The notes: generated by a model from the sequence alone, not told the origin. Shown: positions 13,100 to 27,321, counted from the first letter of the stretch. The stretch: DNA of 64,000 nt from Octopus vulgaris (GCA_951406725.2 OX597814.1:95790001-95854000), one strand, 5' to 3'. Numbers and translations are program-made.

Positions 13100-14510
13100 A
13101 CTTAGTAGGTTCTTTATTGTAATGGTTTGCAGATTACTCAACTACTTTTGTTTACAGTCTTGCCAGCTTCTAGAGGAGACTCATTTGGAGTAGGCTGCTC
13201 AGCTAAGTTGGCCAAAGTTGTTCCTTCAGTTTGTTTGAATTGTCTATCAGCCTCTTTTGATAGTTGAATGTGTCATTGGTTTCTCCTGTATTTCTTCATA
13301 TTTGTCATCTCAACCACATACAATTTTAGCTTATCCCTTTTGTCTTTGATAGTTGCTGGTATCCATATTTTGTCATTTACTTGTACTCACATATAATCAC
13401 CAGGTTCTAACAATGTAAGCAACTTTCCTGTGTGCTGGTCATAATATTTCTTCATCAGCCTTTGGCACTCAGCATGTTTATCCTGAACATCCAATAAATT
13501 TTCTACATGAGGGTAAAGATTTTCTACATGATGCATGTAATGTTCTCAACCAACTCATAATGAGTTGTGTAGATGCTTTATTAACCTTGTCTATTGGAGT
13601 ATTTCTTAAGTCTAATACTGCCTGGTAGGGATCTTTGTTTTCCTTTCTACATTTTTTTATCAGTGATTTGATTTCAAATCTTTCACAACAATCTCAGTTT
13701 ATCCATTCAATTGTGGGAATTGTAAACTGGATGTGATATGGTGAAAAGCCAGGTTTTGGCAACTTTTTAAAATTCTTCAGAAGATAATTGCAAAGCATTA
13801 TCTGAAATCAGAATATGTGGTATTCCATGTCTAGCAAAGACTTATTCCAGCTTGTTTATAACTGTAAAATTGCATTGCTCAGAAAATATAGAGTAATAGT
13901 CAACAATAACAAGATAGTTATCATTACTGGTTGAGAATAAATCAACATCAACCTTTGACCAAGGACATTCTAGTATCTCATGGGGCAGTAATGTTTCTTA
14001 AGTGTTATCTGTTCTGAATTTGGCACACATGGTACACTTTCCAACTGCTACCTGAATTTGTGAACTCATGCCAGGCTAAAATAGTACATCTTTGGCTCTG
14101 CTTACTTCTTATAATGCCTTGATGTGACTGGTAAATCTTGTTCATTGTTTCACTTCTGAGCAAATCAGAAATGATTATCCTGTTACTATTGAAAAGCAAT
14201 CAGTTGTGATATGCTATTTCATCAAAGTTGTCCCAATATGGTTTCACTGTTGGTGAATATTGATTTCTTGATTTTGGTCAACCATTTAGCACAATGTCAC
14301 ATAGTGTTGTTAAACTAATACTTTGACTGGTTGCTGCCTGAACCTGTTCTAGTTTTGGTGACATTGGAAATGAGCTGGCAACATTATCATTCAGCAATTC
14401 ATCACACAGAGGATCATCATGCTCCTTTATATATGCTACAGAGAGAGTATCAGTGATAAGTAAATTTTTCTTAGGTTTACATGTCTGAGATCATATCTTG
14501 CAGGTGTGAA
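13100..14510 (-). mobile_element. Gypsy LTR retrotransposon pol (integrase) remnant
   Basis: Minus-strand fragments NRIIISDLLRSETMNKIYQSHQGI, ECPWSKVDVDLF, YLVIVDYYS and VFARHGIPHILISDN match the integrase zinc-binding region and core. Many stops and frameshifts. Confidence 0.85.
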
Positions 14511-14829
14511 ATGATTTTCTGTCCTAAGGTGTTGATGACAGATATGAGCAGGTGTTCAAGGGTAAAGCATTTATTCAAGGTAAATAAAGCATTAAGGGAT
14601 GATATGGAGAATGTAGAATGGGTGATAAGAAAGTGGCTTCAAGCAGAAGGTTAACTGGTAGCACAAAAGGGGGATGGAATATGAGCAGTTCTGTTCTCAT
14701 AAATAATGGGGCTGTAGTTAGTAGAGTAATGGAGAAATGGGTGTTAGGAAGATGTGTTGTGAAGGATTAGGTGCAAGGCAAAGATATTAATGATATGCTC
14801 TTGGGACCTCATATTTTGCTGAGATGGAC

Positions 14830-15300
14830 AGTCTTCTTGAGCATAGTAATTTGCTAATCCTCTTAATCATTTGTCATCTGTTGAGATTCAAGAACCTGAG
14901 GTCAGTATTTGCCACTTTGTCTCAAGTCTTCCTGGGTCTCTCTCTACTACAAGTTCCATTCACATTTAGTGATCAGCACTTCTTTATATGCAGCCATCTT
15001 CATCCATATATATCACATGACCATACCAATACAGTCATCTTTCTTGCACACTACATCTGATGTACCTTATGCCCAAATTTTCTCAACAAATCTTCACTTT
15101 GTCATACTTGCACACTGATGTTACACATCCAGCAGACCATGCTAACTTCATTTCTTTCTAGTCTTTGCATGTCCTCTGCATTTACAGCCCATGTTTCACT
15201 ACATGTAGCATTGTTGTGCATAAACAAGTATCATACAATCTGTCTTTCACTCTAACAAGGAGATCTTTTGTTAGAGCTCTCTGAAATTTTTCCAGTGCAT
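14830..15300 (-). mobile_element. RTE LINE ORF C-terminal fragment
   Basis: Homologous to 2650-2910 (LYWYGHVI and GRPRKT-like motifs on the minus strand). Confidence 0.7.
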
Positions 15301-15539
15301 GTGCTGTAAATAAAATTTACTTTCTCTGTTAATCTTCCAGTGACTCCACTGCACTTCTTATGTGTCCAGTTAAGTACTGAGCCTAATTTTATCAATTATA
15401 GCTAATAGCACCAGCCCAAAACTTTGTGGCCTTTGATTTAAGGTAAAAATCCTGATTTGTTTTCATCTCAAAGAACTTTTGAGCCTGCTATTCCTTAGTT
15501 TCTATTTCTATATGTAACAGATTATACATACTGTGAACT

Positions 15540-16030
15540 ATGTTTTGTAGTCTAATGGTCACTAAGAAAACTAGCTATAGATAAATGGTTTCTAACAGCC
15601 ATGCAAGCTGTGTACAGAAATGCAATCAGCATGAGTTTACAAGGAATTTAATAAGCAGGTAGATATCTGTCAAAGTTAAACTTTCAGCCATTTTTTATTG
15701 TAGTTCTCCAGGTCATAACAAACATATTTAAGACCAGCTGCTCATAGGAACTCTTGTACACCAATGACCTAGTTCTTATAGATGAATCTGTTGAAAATTT
15801 AGAGAAGAAATTCCAAACATGGAAGCAAAGCCTAGAATTGAGAAACTTGAAAGTAAATCTTCCAAAGACAAAAGTTTTTGTTAGCAGGAATGAAAACGGC
15901 ACTAAAGTCATTTTAGATATGACCATGTTTGATAGTAGGAAAGAAGTAGATAGATAGTAATTCAATAGAGAGTATCCTATATAAACTATGAATGCATAAG
16001 CACTTCTCAGTGCAGTAGGATTACAGGCAG
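15540..16030 (+). mobile_element. RTE LINE RT fragment
   Basis: ELLYTNDLVLIDESVENLEKKFQTWKQSLELRNLKVNLPKTKV is a degenerate YADDL region. Confidence 0.75.
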
Positions 16031-16304
16031 GTAATACAAAAGTGAATATATTAATGAGGAAGATAATGATTGTTTCTTTCATCATTTTTCTCCCCAGTTG
16101 TACAGTAATTCATAGATTAGTACAGGTATAGATTTGGTGGTTGCTACTGATAAAGAGAACAACTATTTTAAAAATATAACATAAAGTAAAGGAGGACAGC
16201 AATTCTACCTTGTAAACATTTCTGGTTCAACATGCTAATAAAATATCAGACAGCAGATAGTCTTATTGTCTTCCCCTTCTCCCACATATCAAAGGCATAG
16301 GTAA

Positions 16305-16525
16305 CCTATTAGCAGTTAAACTAACCATATTAGGCCCGAGTATACTACCTGTTTTATGTTCAAACTGGTCAGATCCAGCCCCTCACACCTACCATACAAT
16401 GCCATTCTAGAATTAAACAATCACATCATCAAAATCTCAAAGTTACAAGATAATGCATGATTAATTCTAAAAGAACGCGAAAAAATAAACAGTTCGTTTT
16501 ACTGTGTAATCTGAATGCTAAAGGG
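16305..16525 (+). mobile_element. piggyBac-like MITE family A (degenerate)
   Basis: Ends GAATGCTAAAGGG-TTAA. The body matches 38049-38270. Confidence 0.65.
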
Positions 16526-18249
16526 TTAAAAACTTCCTACAATTTTTATTCTGATAAGAAAAAGAAAAAAACATGTAGAAAGAAAGAAAAAGGCCAAAAC
16601 TTAATTCAAAGATTAATTATAAAATTTATAAGGAGAGTTAGTAGCTTTCATTAATAAAATAATAACAGAAATTTAATTGAAGTACAAATCACACTATTTT
16701 TCAATGTAAATGATAAGTTTAAAAAAACAATATTTTAATGGGTTTTTAAAATTTTAGTATTTTATTTAGTTCTGTAATCATAAAGCATGAAGAGGTCGTT
16801 TTGTTCTTTTAATGTTAAAATCGATAACAAAAATAATGACATAATTTGAATGTCAAATGGTGAAGAGATTCAGACTAAATTATTTTAAACAAAACCAAAC
16901 ATTTTTGGTTTTGTGTTGTATATAAAAAAAAAAAATAATAAAATAAAAAAAAACACCCCACAAACTGAGAATCTCTTAAATGTAAAATGAAAAAAAAAGA
17001 AGAAACAAATTTCAAATATAGAAGTGTTTTACGACTAAAATTTTAAGCTTTACATAATAACAAATCATAAAATATTCAACTTCAGTTTTCAAAACAAGTT
17101 CCCATTTTTCTGCCAAAAGCTAATTGCTTGTTAGCATTGTTCACAGCCAAAATATTAAAAAGAAACCCGAAAATACACTTATATCTAACTGTAATATGAA
17201 ATCTTTGTTTATCCAGTGCAACAAAATTGATGCTTCTTTTAAATTTTCTGATAGCTAAATTACTAGATTATGCTAGGATATATGTACTTCACTTAAAATT
17301 TTGAAAGAAATAAACAAACTTTGAAATTTTAACTTAAATATCTTAGTCCTACAGTAAACATTGTAGCGCAAAAAACTTAAATTAAGCTGTCAAAATATCA
17401 ATTTTCAGGTTTTCACATTCATCTGGCAGTGTCAAAACAATGTGTGATATGAATCTGAAAAAATATATGGAAAATAAATTATACAAAACCAAAAAAAAAA
17501 GTCAAAAGCATATGTTTAGTCTGTTGGGGAAAACCACTTTAAATTGAAGAAAATAAAATATTGTTGTTTAGTTATTTTTAAGTTTTTAAAATAATTAAAG
17601 CTGCTTAAAATACTGTTGAGTGAGGGAACTATTTTCTCAACCATAGCTGTTTTTGAATGGAATAAAGATTTAGACTAAGACAACTTCAGATTGTTAGAGT
17701 TCCTTTGTGTGTGTGTGTGTGCGTGCATGTGTGTGTGTGAGCGTGTGTGTGTGTGTGCGTGCATGTGTGTATATATAGAGAGAAAATCACATCTTTAATT
17801 GGCGATTACACCATGCAGTGCTGATGGTCATTTTTGCTGTGTCAGTATATTTATAGAAAATATCAACCAAATTAATATATCTGAAAATATGTGTTAACAC
17901 AAAATTATCAAAGCAATCCAAAATTGGTTAAATTCAAAATGAACTAAGGAAATATCTGTAGTAGATGAACTATACAAAAAGAACGTTAAGAAGAAATATA
18001 TTTTAAACAAGTCAGTTTAGTATTTAACTGTTGATGACGTCAATAGATAATGAAAGAATAAAAAAAAAACATGAAATTAGAAACAGAAATTCTATGTCAC
18101 AACAATTAGTTATCTATCTATTAAATATGCTAAACATTTATGCATATTATATTATATGCATGTTGTATTATATGAGAAGCAATTATAATTAAATGATGGA
18201 TTATTCAGAATTGAAATATTTAAATGCTTTCCTATATTTATAAGAACAT

Positions 18250-19013
18250 TTCAATGTAAAATTACCTTTATAATTCAATAATGTTAATTTAGAAGTAATT
18301 ATATTATACATTTCCTCAAAGGAAAGATCACATTTAAAATTATCAGTATTGTATGATGGTGAATAACTAATAATGGACCACTTTAAATCATACTTAATGT
18401 CCCTATCTTTTAAATTCCAAATGCATTATAGAATTACATTTTATTTCGAAACTTAAATGAATGAGAATGATTATGAAATGTAGATTTCCAAATTGTAGCA
18501 GATGAACCTATGTAATAATATGTATGATCCCCTGTTTTTACCTTACATTGATACACTATATTCTTCCTTAAACACTGATTTTCTAAAGGACAGATAATTT
18601 TGCTTTTGAAATTGAAGGTATTTATTCACTTATATGTGGTACTCATATTACTAATCTGCCTCTCAGTAGTAGGTTTTAAGGCAGGATTATTATCAGTATT
18701 ATGATTAATATTACTACTAGATTAATTATTATCAAAATTGGAATTACTTTTAATTAAAGTATCAAAATCTAGTTATTTAAAATTATCATTAGAGTTAATT
18801 CTACAATTCACACGATCAGTTCTGCTTGTGTTCACAGATTTTGAATTGAAATATTACCTAATTCTTCTTTTGTTATGTGCTGCTATAATTTCAGCCAAAT
18901 TTCAGGTGGTCAAATATAGTCATATGTTTTATAAAAATATATTTTATTTCTTATTTATGTTTTGGTTTATGTCTATCATTGTTTGAATTGCATAATAATG
19001 GTTTTATCTCTAA

Positions 19014-19046
<33 letters not shown>

Positions 19047-19900
19047 ATATAGTATCTACAAAGTTGAATCTAGGCTTAATAATACTTTCTATTAAAGGCA
19101 CATGACCTGAAATTTGTGGAGAGGGGACTAGTCAATTGCATCAACCCCAGTATTTCACTGGTACTTAATTTATTGACCCCAAAAAGATGAAAGGCTAAAT
19201 CAACCTTGGCAGAATTTGAACTCAGAATGTAAGGATAGATGAAATGCTGCTAAGCATTTCGCCTGGCATGCTAATGATTCTGTCAGCTCACCATCTTTAG
19301 GCTTATTAATAATATGTTTATCTTCAATACTTTGTTTTTACTAACCTTATTTGTATCATTATTCTTACTATCATTTATCTTAATTAAATAAGATTGCTTG
19401 ATGTATTTATTTTTATTTTCATTACATTCACTATCAAGTCTCATCATATTCAATATTCTATCAGTTTTGGAAATTATATTAATATTTTGATTCTGGATAT
19501 AGTAAATTTTGTCCTTATTACCCAGCTTCAAATAATGCATGGTTATAATAATTTTAATTTTATGCAAATACATCCTCATTATTCAAAAGCCTCAAAATAT
19601 GAGTTGATATATTTTTAATGAGGTTTCTAGGAGGATTAGAATTTTTTTTGACATATCTTAAGCACTCATTAGGTTTATGATATGGTTGGTATAGTTCAGT
19701 ACTTAAATCCAGAGTAACATCAAAGAAGTTAACCTTAGTGTAATCATTCTCTGTCAAGATAGAGACCAAGATGCTAAAAGAGTTTTTTTCCAAGACCTTT
19801 CAAGATTAACCTTATTAGGCCCATAGACAGTCATCATCGATACAATTCACCCCCTAATTCAGGGGAGTCACTCTGTAATTATGAGGCATGAAGAGGTCAT
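18250..19900 (-). mobile_element. Penelope-like element relic (RT thumb, linker, GIY-YIG endonuclease), interrupted by (TA)n and a SINE
   Basis: RT thumb KVNFFDVTLDLSTELYQPYHKPNECLRYVKKNSNPP (19560-19793), linker NLAEIIAAHNKRR (~18870-18900), and GIY-YIG CPLENQCLRKNIVYQCKVKTGDHTYYYIGSS (~18500-18595). Confidence 0.85.
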
Positions 19901-21277
19901 TTGCTGCATAGCCACAAAGAGCCTTCTTTCTTGATTTCATTCATAAAAGTCATTATCCTTGGAAAGCATCTGACTCTTTCAAATACAATGATTCTACTAG
20001 TGTAGAGCCCCCACCCCCCAGCTATTATCTTCTGATGTTCCTAATTGATCATCAATATATTTACTTAAATTAAGGTGTCAAGCTGGCAGAATTGTTAGCA
20101 TGCCGTGCAAAATGCTTCACGTTATTTCATCTGTCCTTACGTTCTGAGTTCAAATTTCACCAAGGCTGAGTTTGCCTTTCATCCTTTCAGAGTCAATAAA
20201 AGAAGTACCAGCTGAATACTAATGTCATCATAATAGACTACTCCCTCCCTGAACTTGCTGACCTCGTGCCCTAAACCTGAAAGCAGTATCCTAACTTAAA
20301 TCTAGCTTTAAACACAAGTATTATAGTGTCTATATTTTTAGGATCCATTGAATTCTGAGGCCTTTGAATAAAATTACCATAATTTAACCAACAGTGGTTA
20401 CAATTTCATGTATTTCTAGTCATATACTACTTGCTAATTAGTAGCTCAATACTGACTAATTATAATTACAAATAAGCTTCATTTCTGGTTCATTGAAAGA
20501 TTATCAAACAAGTCATAGAGATAGTCATACAAGGAATCTCATAAATGAGAGCAAGAAGTTTTGGTGATACTCTGTTCTTCAAGTAAGAGACTTTTATTCT
20601 GCTTGTCTTTACAAAGCACAGAGCAAAAGGGAGATTTAAAGAACACCCACATTCCTAATTCCTTTCCTCCCTTTAATTGAAATCATAAGTATCAGTGTTC
20701 AACCATTAACTCTATCAATCCGAATTGTAGCTAATATTAGAGTTGGTCATGTATTATCTTAACCTTAATCAGTGACTTCCTATTATTTTCATTAACTAAT
20801 ACTTCTATCCTTATAACATCAATTGTTTTTGTTCAAATTATGTCATGCAAAAATGATATAGTTTGAGCAAAATATAAACACACACACGACAGGCTTCTAT
20901 ACAGTTCCCATGAAACAACTCTATACATAAGGAATTGGTCAGCCTGAAGCCTATAAGTGAAGACACTTGCTGTTAAATAGAATTGATGTTCTGTAATTTG
21001 CATAAAGGTAGAATAAAATAAAATCAATTTTTACTTTCACCTTTCAAATATGAATTTTTAAAAAATCTAATATGAACATAACTTTCTAGTGAAAGAAATT
21101 ATTTCAATTTCTAAGAAAAAATGTGTTGTATATTCACTATTACTGATTCTATTATGTACATTCCAGAAAGAAAATTAATAAATAAACAACTACGAAACAC
21201 AACTAAATGGTCTAATTTGAAGCCTAATTTGATATTTATTAGGTAAATTAATAAATACCTGGATATTGCATCATCTT

Positions 21278-21422
21278 TCACTGAAGTTTTGCAACTGAAA
21301 TAGAAGAGGAACTGCTAACTTCTAAAAAGAATGGTCCCTCTTTCCCTGGATGAAATGTACACGGCATAAGGTTATATATTCCCCCAGAGATGTTGTCCAG
21401 CTGCAGTACACTATATCCAGGC
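21278..21422 (-). CDS. CAPN7: Calpain-7 terminal coding exon (C2-like domain end, stop TGA)
   Basis: (R)PGYSVLQLDNISGGIYNLMPCTFHPGKEGPFFLEVSSSSSISVAKLQ*. Acceptor ttcag, phase 2. Confidence 0.92.
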
Positions 21423-21689
21423 CTGAAGGAAAAAAAAAGAAAGAAAAATGTGAATGTAATATTTTTTGTGGTAGCTTGTATTAGAAACATTACACTGGTA
21501 ATAATTTTTCATTTAGTCATCATCATCATTTAATGACCCCTTCCCCATGTTTACATGGGTTGGATGGAGCTTATTTGAAGTAGATTTTTCTATAGCTGGA
21601 CGCCTTTCCTGTCGCCAACCCTCACCTGACTCTAAGCAAGGTAATATTTCCCCTTAAACCAGACACGTTGTATATAATATAATGAAATT

Positions 21690-22110
21690 ATTGTATACAG
21701 TGCTCAGGTGCACCACAACTTGTCAAAAGTGCATATAAAGCATCTGCAGTAATGTACAAATGTCTGGAAAGTGAACAGTGTATGAGTCAGATACATTCTT
21801 GCGTGTGTATGGAGGGGAGAAAATCAGGTGTAGTATTGGTGAATCTCAAGAAGCCTGGAAGTTTTGAAGGATGCAGTGCTCCGACAACTAACAACTGATG
21901 CTGGCAGTTTGTTCCATACTTCAGCAACTCTTAGTGTGAAAAAATGTTTCCGAAAGTCATGGGAGCTGTGCTGTTTTCTGACTTTGTAAACATGTCCACG
22001 GGTGTTAGACAGGTGGAGTTTGAAAAGGTGCTCAGAGTTATTGTTTGTAAGATGGTTAATAATTTTATGGGTGTCTGCCAAGTCAGCTGCCAGACATCAG
22101 AGTTTCAGTG
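21690..22110 (-). mobile_element. CR1/L2-group LINE 3' end
   Basis: NTRGHVYKVRKQHSSHDFRKHFFTLRVAEVWNKLPASVV is a typical CR1-group ORF2 C-terminus. Sister copy at 35070-35420. Confidence 0.85.
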
Positions 22111-24206
22111 TATCTATGTTATCATAGAATACTGAAAATGAACGACACTGCTTGTTTGACACTGAAACTCATTTACAGCAAATCATACAATGTCAAGACA
22201 AGGAGACAAAAACATACACATATATTCCCCCCCCACACACACACATACAGCAGGCTTCTTTCAGTTTCTGTCTACCAAATCCACTCACAAAGTAGGGCCA
22301 AGCCAAACAGACAAATGGACAACTCTCCAGCTGGCCAACTCCTGTCAAACTGTCCAATCTATGCCAGCATGTAAAACGAATGTTAAACAATGATGATGAT
22401 GAAGGCTTTAAATCACATAATTAAAATTTATAAGGATGACAGATTAAGATGTGTTAGACAACAATATTTTATTTCCACAGAGAAAATTGGACACAGCATA
22501 ATGTATACAGAGTGATAAAGAGGGAGGGATATAAAATGAGAAGTTATAAAGTGAAAGAGAAACAGAAAGTTCTTTTTTTATGATAGGCTCTTGTATTCAC
22601 AGTACAGTTAAGTGGAACAAACTAAGTGACATAATGGAAACAACCTGGTTAATGAGATACAAACTCATTATGCTTGACACCCAATCTGTTTTATCAGCTG
22701 TAGTTCCAAAGACCTCATTTCTGAAAGTACTGTTTAGCTTCTTCTCAGTCTTCAATTTTAATAGTATATTTCTTATATCTATCTTTCAGTTTATAAGTAT
22801 ATTTTTTTATTATGAAAAAAGAATGCAATTTATAAAAAAAATTAATAAAGAAAAAAAATCAGTAAATACATAAAATAAAGACTTGTGCATCCCTCCCTCT
22901 GGTACACATCACCTAAAACTCTCACAGCATTCTTCTTCTCATCTTCATGTGTGTGTGAAATAATTTTACATTCAGGTATACGGTATACACCTTGCAGAGT
23001 GCTGTTTAAAGCCAGTTCACAGTATTTGGTTATCTAATGTCATTAACAATGTGGTAGGTACTGTTGCATGATGGTTCGAAATGATTGTAGTGAATAAAGA
23101 GTCTCATGAATTTCATTTTCTTTCCCACATATTTTTATATATGTGTGTGTTGTTATACGATGAGCTGTTTTCAGTTTCCCTCTTCTAAATCCACTCACAA
23201 GGCTTCAGTGGGCCTGAAACTATAGTAGAAGACACTTGCCCAAAGTGCTTTGCAGTGAGACTGAACCTAAGACCACACAACTGGGAAGTAAGCTTCTTAA
23301 CCACACACCAGATAAGTGCAAGGCTTAAGTATCAGAATAACCAAGTACCCTCATGAGCATTATCTAATACTTCAATGCGACAAGATGCTAACACAGTCAA
23401 AAACTTCCTTGTCAACAGGTCCAACTATATCCAGATATATTTTGATATATATAGACTGAAAATGTGATTTACCAATGGATTATGGTATTTCTGTGTCTTA
23501 TTCTGCTTAGCTGTGGTTGCAGTAGCTTAAAACTATCTTGTGGCATTAAGAACATATGACAGAGCATGATGACATTGCTAACAATGGCATTCCATATAAA
23601 ATAGCTATCTTTCATCGAATGGTATAAAGTAAGTTCATTGGGCTTCTTCCCATCACCTTTGGACAATCCTACATATAGTTAGTGAAGTTCTGATGTATAT
23701 TAATAATATTTTGATATTTTGTTTTTAACCTTTTCTTTCACCTTGGCAAAAAAATGTGAATCCCTAGAAAAATGCATATCTACAGCTTGTATATCTAGAT
23801 AATTCAGTACTTTGGACAAATAAGTAAAAAAATTAAAAAAGGAAAAAGATTTAATTAAAACTAAAAAGAAAGGTATAAATTTAGCATTGGGAATAAATGT
23901 GATTAAACCAAAAATCTTTTCCCACTACTACATGGGAAACAAAACACATTCTTCCCTTCCCCCGCTTGCTGTGTCACCTAACAGGAAAGAGGTTTAATTC
24001 AACAAAAAAGAAAAAAATGGATATAAAAATTTAAAAAATATATAAGGTGATATTCAGAGCAAAGTGGGAGTGGGCTACTACTTCCAATGATTTCAAGTGT
24101 ACTTTCATACCTTGTAGCCAGCAGCTATTCTCCCTGCCAATCCACACCCCCAACTGTACACTACAATAATGTAAAACAAAAGTTTTGTAGTTTGATTATC
24201 AAATTA

Positions 24207-25485
24207 TTAGGTTGTTCTGAAAATAATGGCCACTCTAAGTATTGTGTTTTGAAACACAATTTTATCATAGTATTTTAATTATATTTTACGTGAATTTTGA
24301 CATACTTAATAACTGTTGTATGCTTTTTAATAATTTTCTATGTATTTCAGACTGAAAACATTCTTGAAGCATAGGCACTCTTAATTATGAACATGACAAA
24401 AATGGACCTTCGCTTACTTCTCTTGCATGAGTTCAAGCTTGGGCACAATGCCTCCCAAACTGCTGCCAATATCAACAGAGCATGGGGAGAGGGGTCCACA
24501 AGTGATTGCACAGTACATAGTTGGTTTCAGAAATTCTGTACTGGTGATAAGAGCCTTGAAGATGAAGAAGGTAGAGGATGGTCATGCAGTCTTGACAATG
24601 AACAATTGAAAGCAATTGTTGAACAAAACCCATGTCAAAGTGTCAGAGAAATATCTCAGGCACTTGGTATTGCAACGGTCTCATGCAATCTGCAGAAAGT
24701 TGGTAAGGTGAAAAAGCTCAATAAATGGGTACCACATGAACTCAATGAAAATCAAAAAGTTTAGCGTTTTGAAGTATGCTTGATGCTCTTTCTGCGAAAC
24801 ACCAATGATCCTTTTCTTGACCGAATAGTCACTTGTGATAAAAAAATGGATCCTTTATGACAACCGTAAACGATCAGGTCAATAGCTTGATCATAATGAG
24901 TCCCCCAAACATTTCCCAAAGCCAAAGTTGCATCAGCAAAAGATTATGGTGACTGTCTAGTGGTTTGCAATTGTTGTTGTCCATTACAGCTTTCTGGAAG
25001 CCAATCAGAGCTTTACAGTAGAGGTTTATTGCAATCAACTCACTGAAATATATGCTCACTTGCAAAAAATGAGACCTGCATTGGTGAATCAGTGTGGCCC
25101 AATTCTACTTCACGATAATGCAAAGCCACATGTTGCAAGAATGACGCTGCAGAAAGTCACAGACTTGGGATACAAGACTTTATCATATCCTCCATATTCT
25201 CCTGATCTTTCATCCACTGACTAGCATTTTTTAAAGTATTTAAACATGTTTTTAAGTGATAAAACTTTCAGGTCCAAACCAGAGATGGAATCAGCTTTCA
25301 AAGATTTCTTAGCATCAAAGCCAATATGCTTTTATCAATGAGGCATAAATAATCTCATTGATTGATGGCAGAGATGCATAGATGTTCACGGCTCATACTT
25401 TGACTAATCAAAACATTTCTATTATTAATTTTTCCAGAATAAAATTATGTTACTGAAATTGGCTATTAATTTCAGAACAACCTAA
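24207..25485 (+). mobile_element. Full-length decayed mariner element (~1.28 kb) with TIRs and TA TSD
   Basis: TIRs TTAGGTTGTTCTGAAAATAATGGCC / GGCTATTAATTTCAGAACAACCTAA, each flanked by TA. The transposase from 24387 has WVPHEL, TCD, HDNAKPH and YSPDL motifs, but also internal stops and a frameshift. Confidence 0.93.
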
Positions 25486-25489
25486 TAGA

Positions 25490-26445
25490 TGAAAGGCTGG
25501 AGCTGGTATTAAAATAGAAAGTAGTTGAAAAGCTCTTTAGTAGGTAATTAGGTTTGTAGAGACAGGAAAATTCAGAGAGCTCCTCCCTCTGCTGATAACA
25601 AAAGGCCTCTCACTCAGAGTAAAAGGTAGACTGTATAATGCCTGTGTGTGAACAGCCCTGCTATATGGCAGTGAAACATGAGCTGTGACTACTAAGGATA
25701 TGCATAAGCTTGAAAGAAATTAAGCTAGTATGCTTCACTGGATGTGTAACGTCAGTGAGCATACACAACAGAGTGTAAGTGCCCTGAGAGTAAGTTGGGC
25801 ATAAGAAGCATCAGATATGGTGTGCAAGAGAGAAGACTGCACTGGTATGGTGATGTGTTGTGTATGGATGGGGATAGCTGTGTGAAGAAGTGTCACACCC
25901 TAACAATGGAGGGAACTTGTGGAAGAGGTAAACCCAAGAAGACATGGGATGAAGTGGTGAAGCACGACCTTTGAAGTTGGGCCTCACAGAGGCAATGACA
26001 AGAGAATGAGACCTTGGGAGATATGCTATGCTTGAGAAGACCCAGCAAGTAAAGTGAGATTGTAGCTGTGGCTGATGCCAGTGTCATATAACTGGCCCAT
26101 TTAAAAGTACTCTTCATTCATCAGGCAATATGCCAAGCTTGTGAAAACCTGTTGAACCAAGTGAAATTGTAGTTGTGGCTGACACCGGTGTTGCCTGAAT
26201 GGCATGTAAAAAGCACCATATGCGCATGACCAATGCCAGTGCCTTCTGACTGGCTCCTGTGCTGGTGGCACATAAAAAGCACCCACTACACTTTTGGAGT
26301 GGTTGGCATTAGGAAGGGCATCCAGGTGTAGAAACCTTGCCAAATCAGATTGTAGCCTGGTGTAGCCTCTCAGCCTGCCAGTCCACAGTCAAACCGTCCA
26401 ACCCAAACCAGAAAGTGGATGTTAAATGACAATGATAATGATGAT
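25490..26445 (+). mobile_element. RTE LINE 3' portion
   Basis: KGRLYNACV..ALLYGSET, RLHWYG and GRGKPKKTWDEVVKHDL, followed by the 3' UTR and a GAT tail. Confidence 0.85.
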
Positions 26446-26581
26446 ATATATATATATTCAGATGTTTATTTTATATGTATGCGATGGATGATGTAGCATC
26501 AATTATGTAACAAACATAGATTATAAAACAGCTGTCAACTAATGGAACATCTATCCTCTCACATCACTTCTCTTATTTGAT

Positions 26582-26630
<49 letters not shown>

Positions 26631-27206
26631 TACATACACACACACAAGTATGCACACACACACACATGTAAGTTAGTTGGTGTTTGGAAGAGCATCCAAC
26701 TGTAAAAATCCTGCCAAAACAGTCACAGAGGTCTGGTGCAGGCCTCTACCTGGCTGGCTCTTGTGAAACCGTCCCACCCATGCTAGCATGGAAGACAGAT
26801 GCTAAATGATGATGATGATGATTTATATATACACGCACAGAAGAAATTCAAACAGTATCACCACTTGTAGCTTACAGTATTCATAGAATATGTAAATAAA
26901 CACTTAAATACATAATCACATGCACGCGCACACACACACACACACACACAATGGGCTTCTTTCAGCTCTCATCTACCCAATCAACTCACAAAGCTTTAGT
27001 CGACTCAAGGCTGTAGTAGAAAATACTTGCTCAAGGTGCTGCACAGTGGAGCTGAACCCAAACCAACATAGTTGAGAAGCAAACTTTAACCACACAGCCA
27101 TGCTTGCACATGCACATGCATGCATGTATGTGAGTGTGTGTTATGTGTGTGCATGTATTTGTATGAATGTTTACATTCTGTGCGCACATGTAAATAGCAC
27201 TGAGCC

Positions 27207-27321
27207 CACTAGCATAGCTTGAGTGTGTGCCGCCCCCCGGACCCCACTAAAAAACACATATTGCCTACAGCAGACCCAAAAGTGCCATCATGGGTGGACT
27301 GCTCCCCCAGCTATGCTAGTG
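27207..27321. mobile_element. Small hAT-like MITE
   Basis: TIR CACTAGCATAGCT / AGCTATGCTAGTG. 8-bp TSD ACTGAGCC / ATTGAGCC (1 mismatch). Confidence 0.6.

Noticed and set aside
24387-24764. Possible SETMAR-like host gene
   Set aside because: No SET domain, flanked by TIRs and interrupted by stops; a plain decayed mariner.
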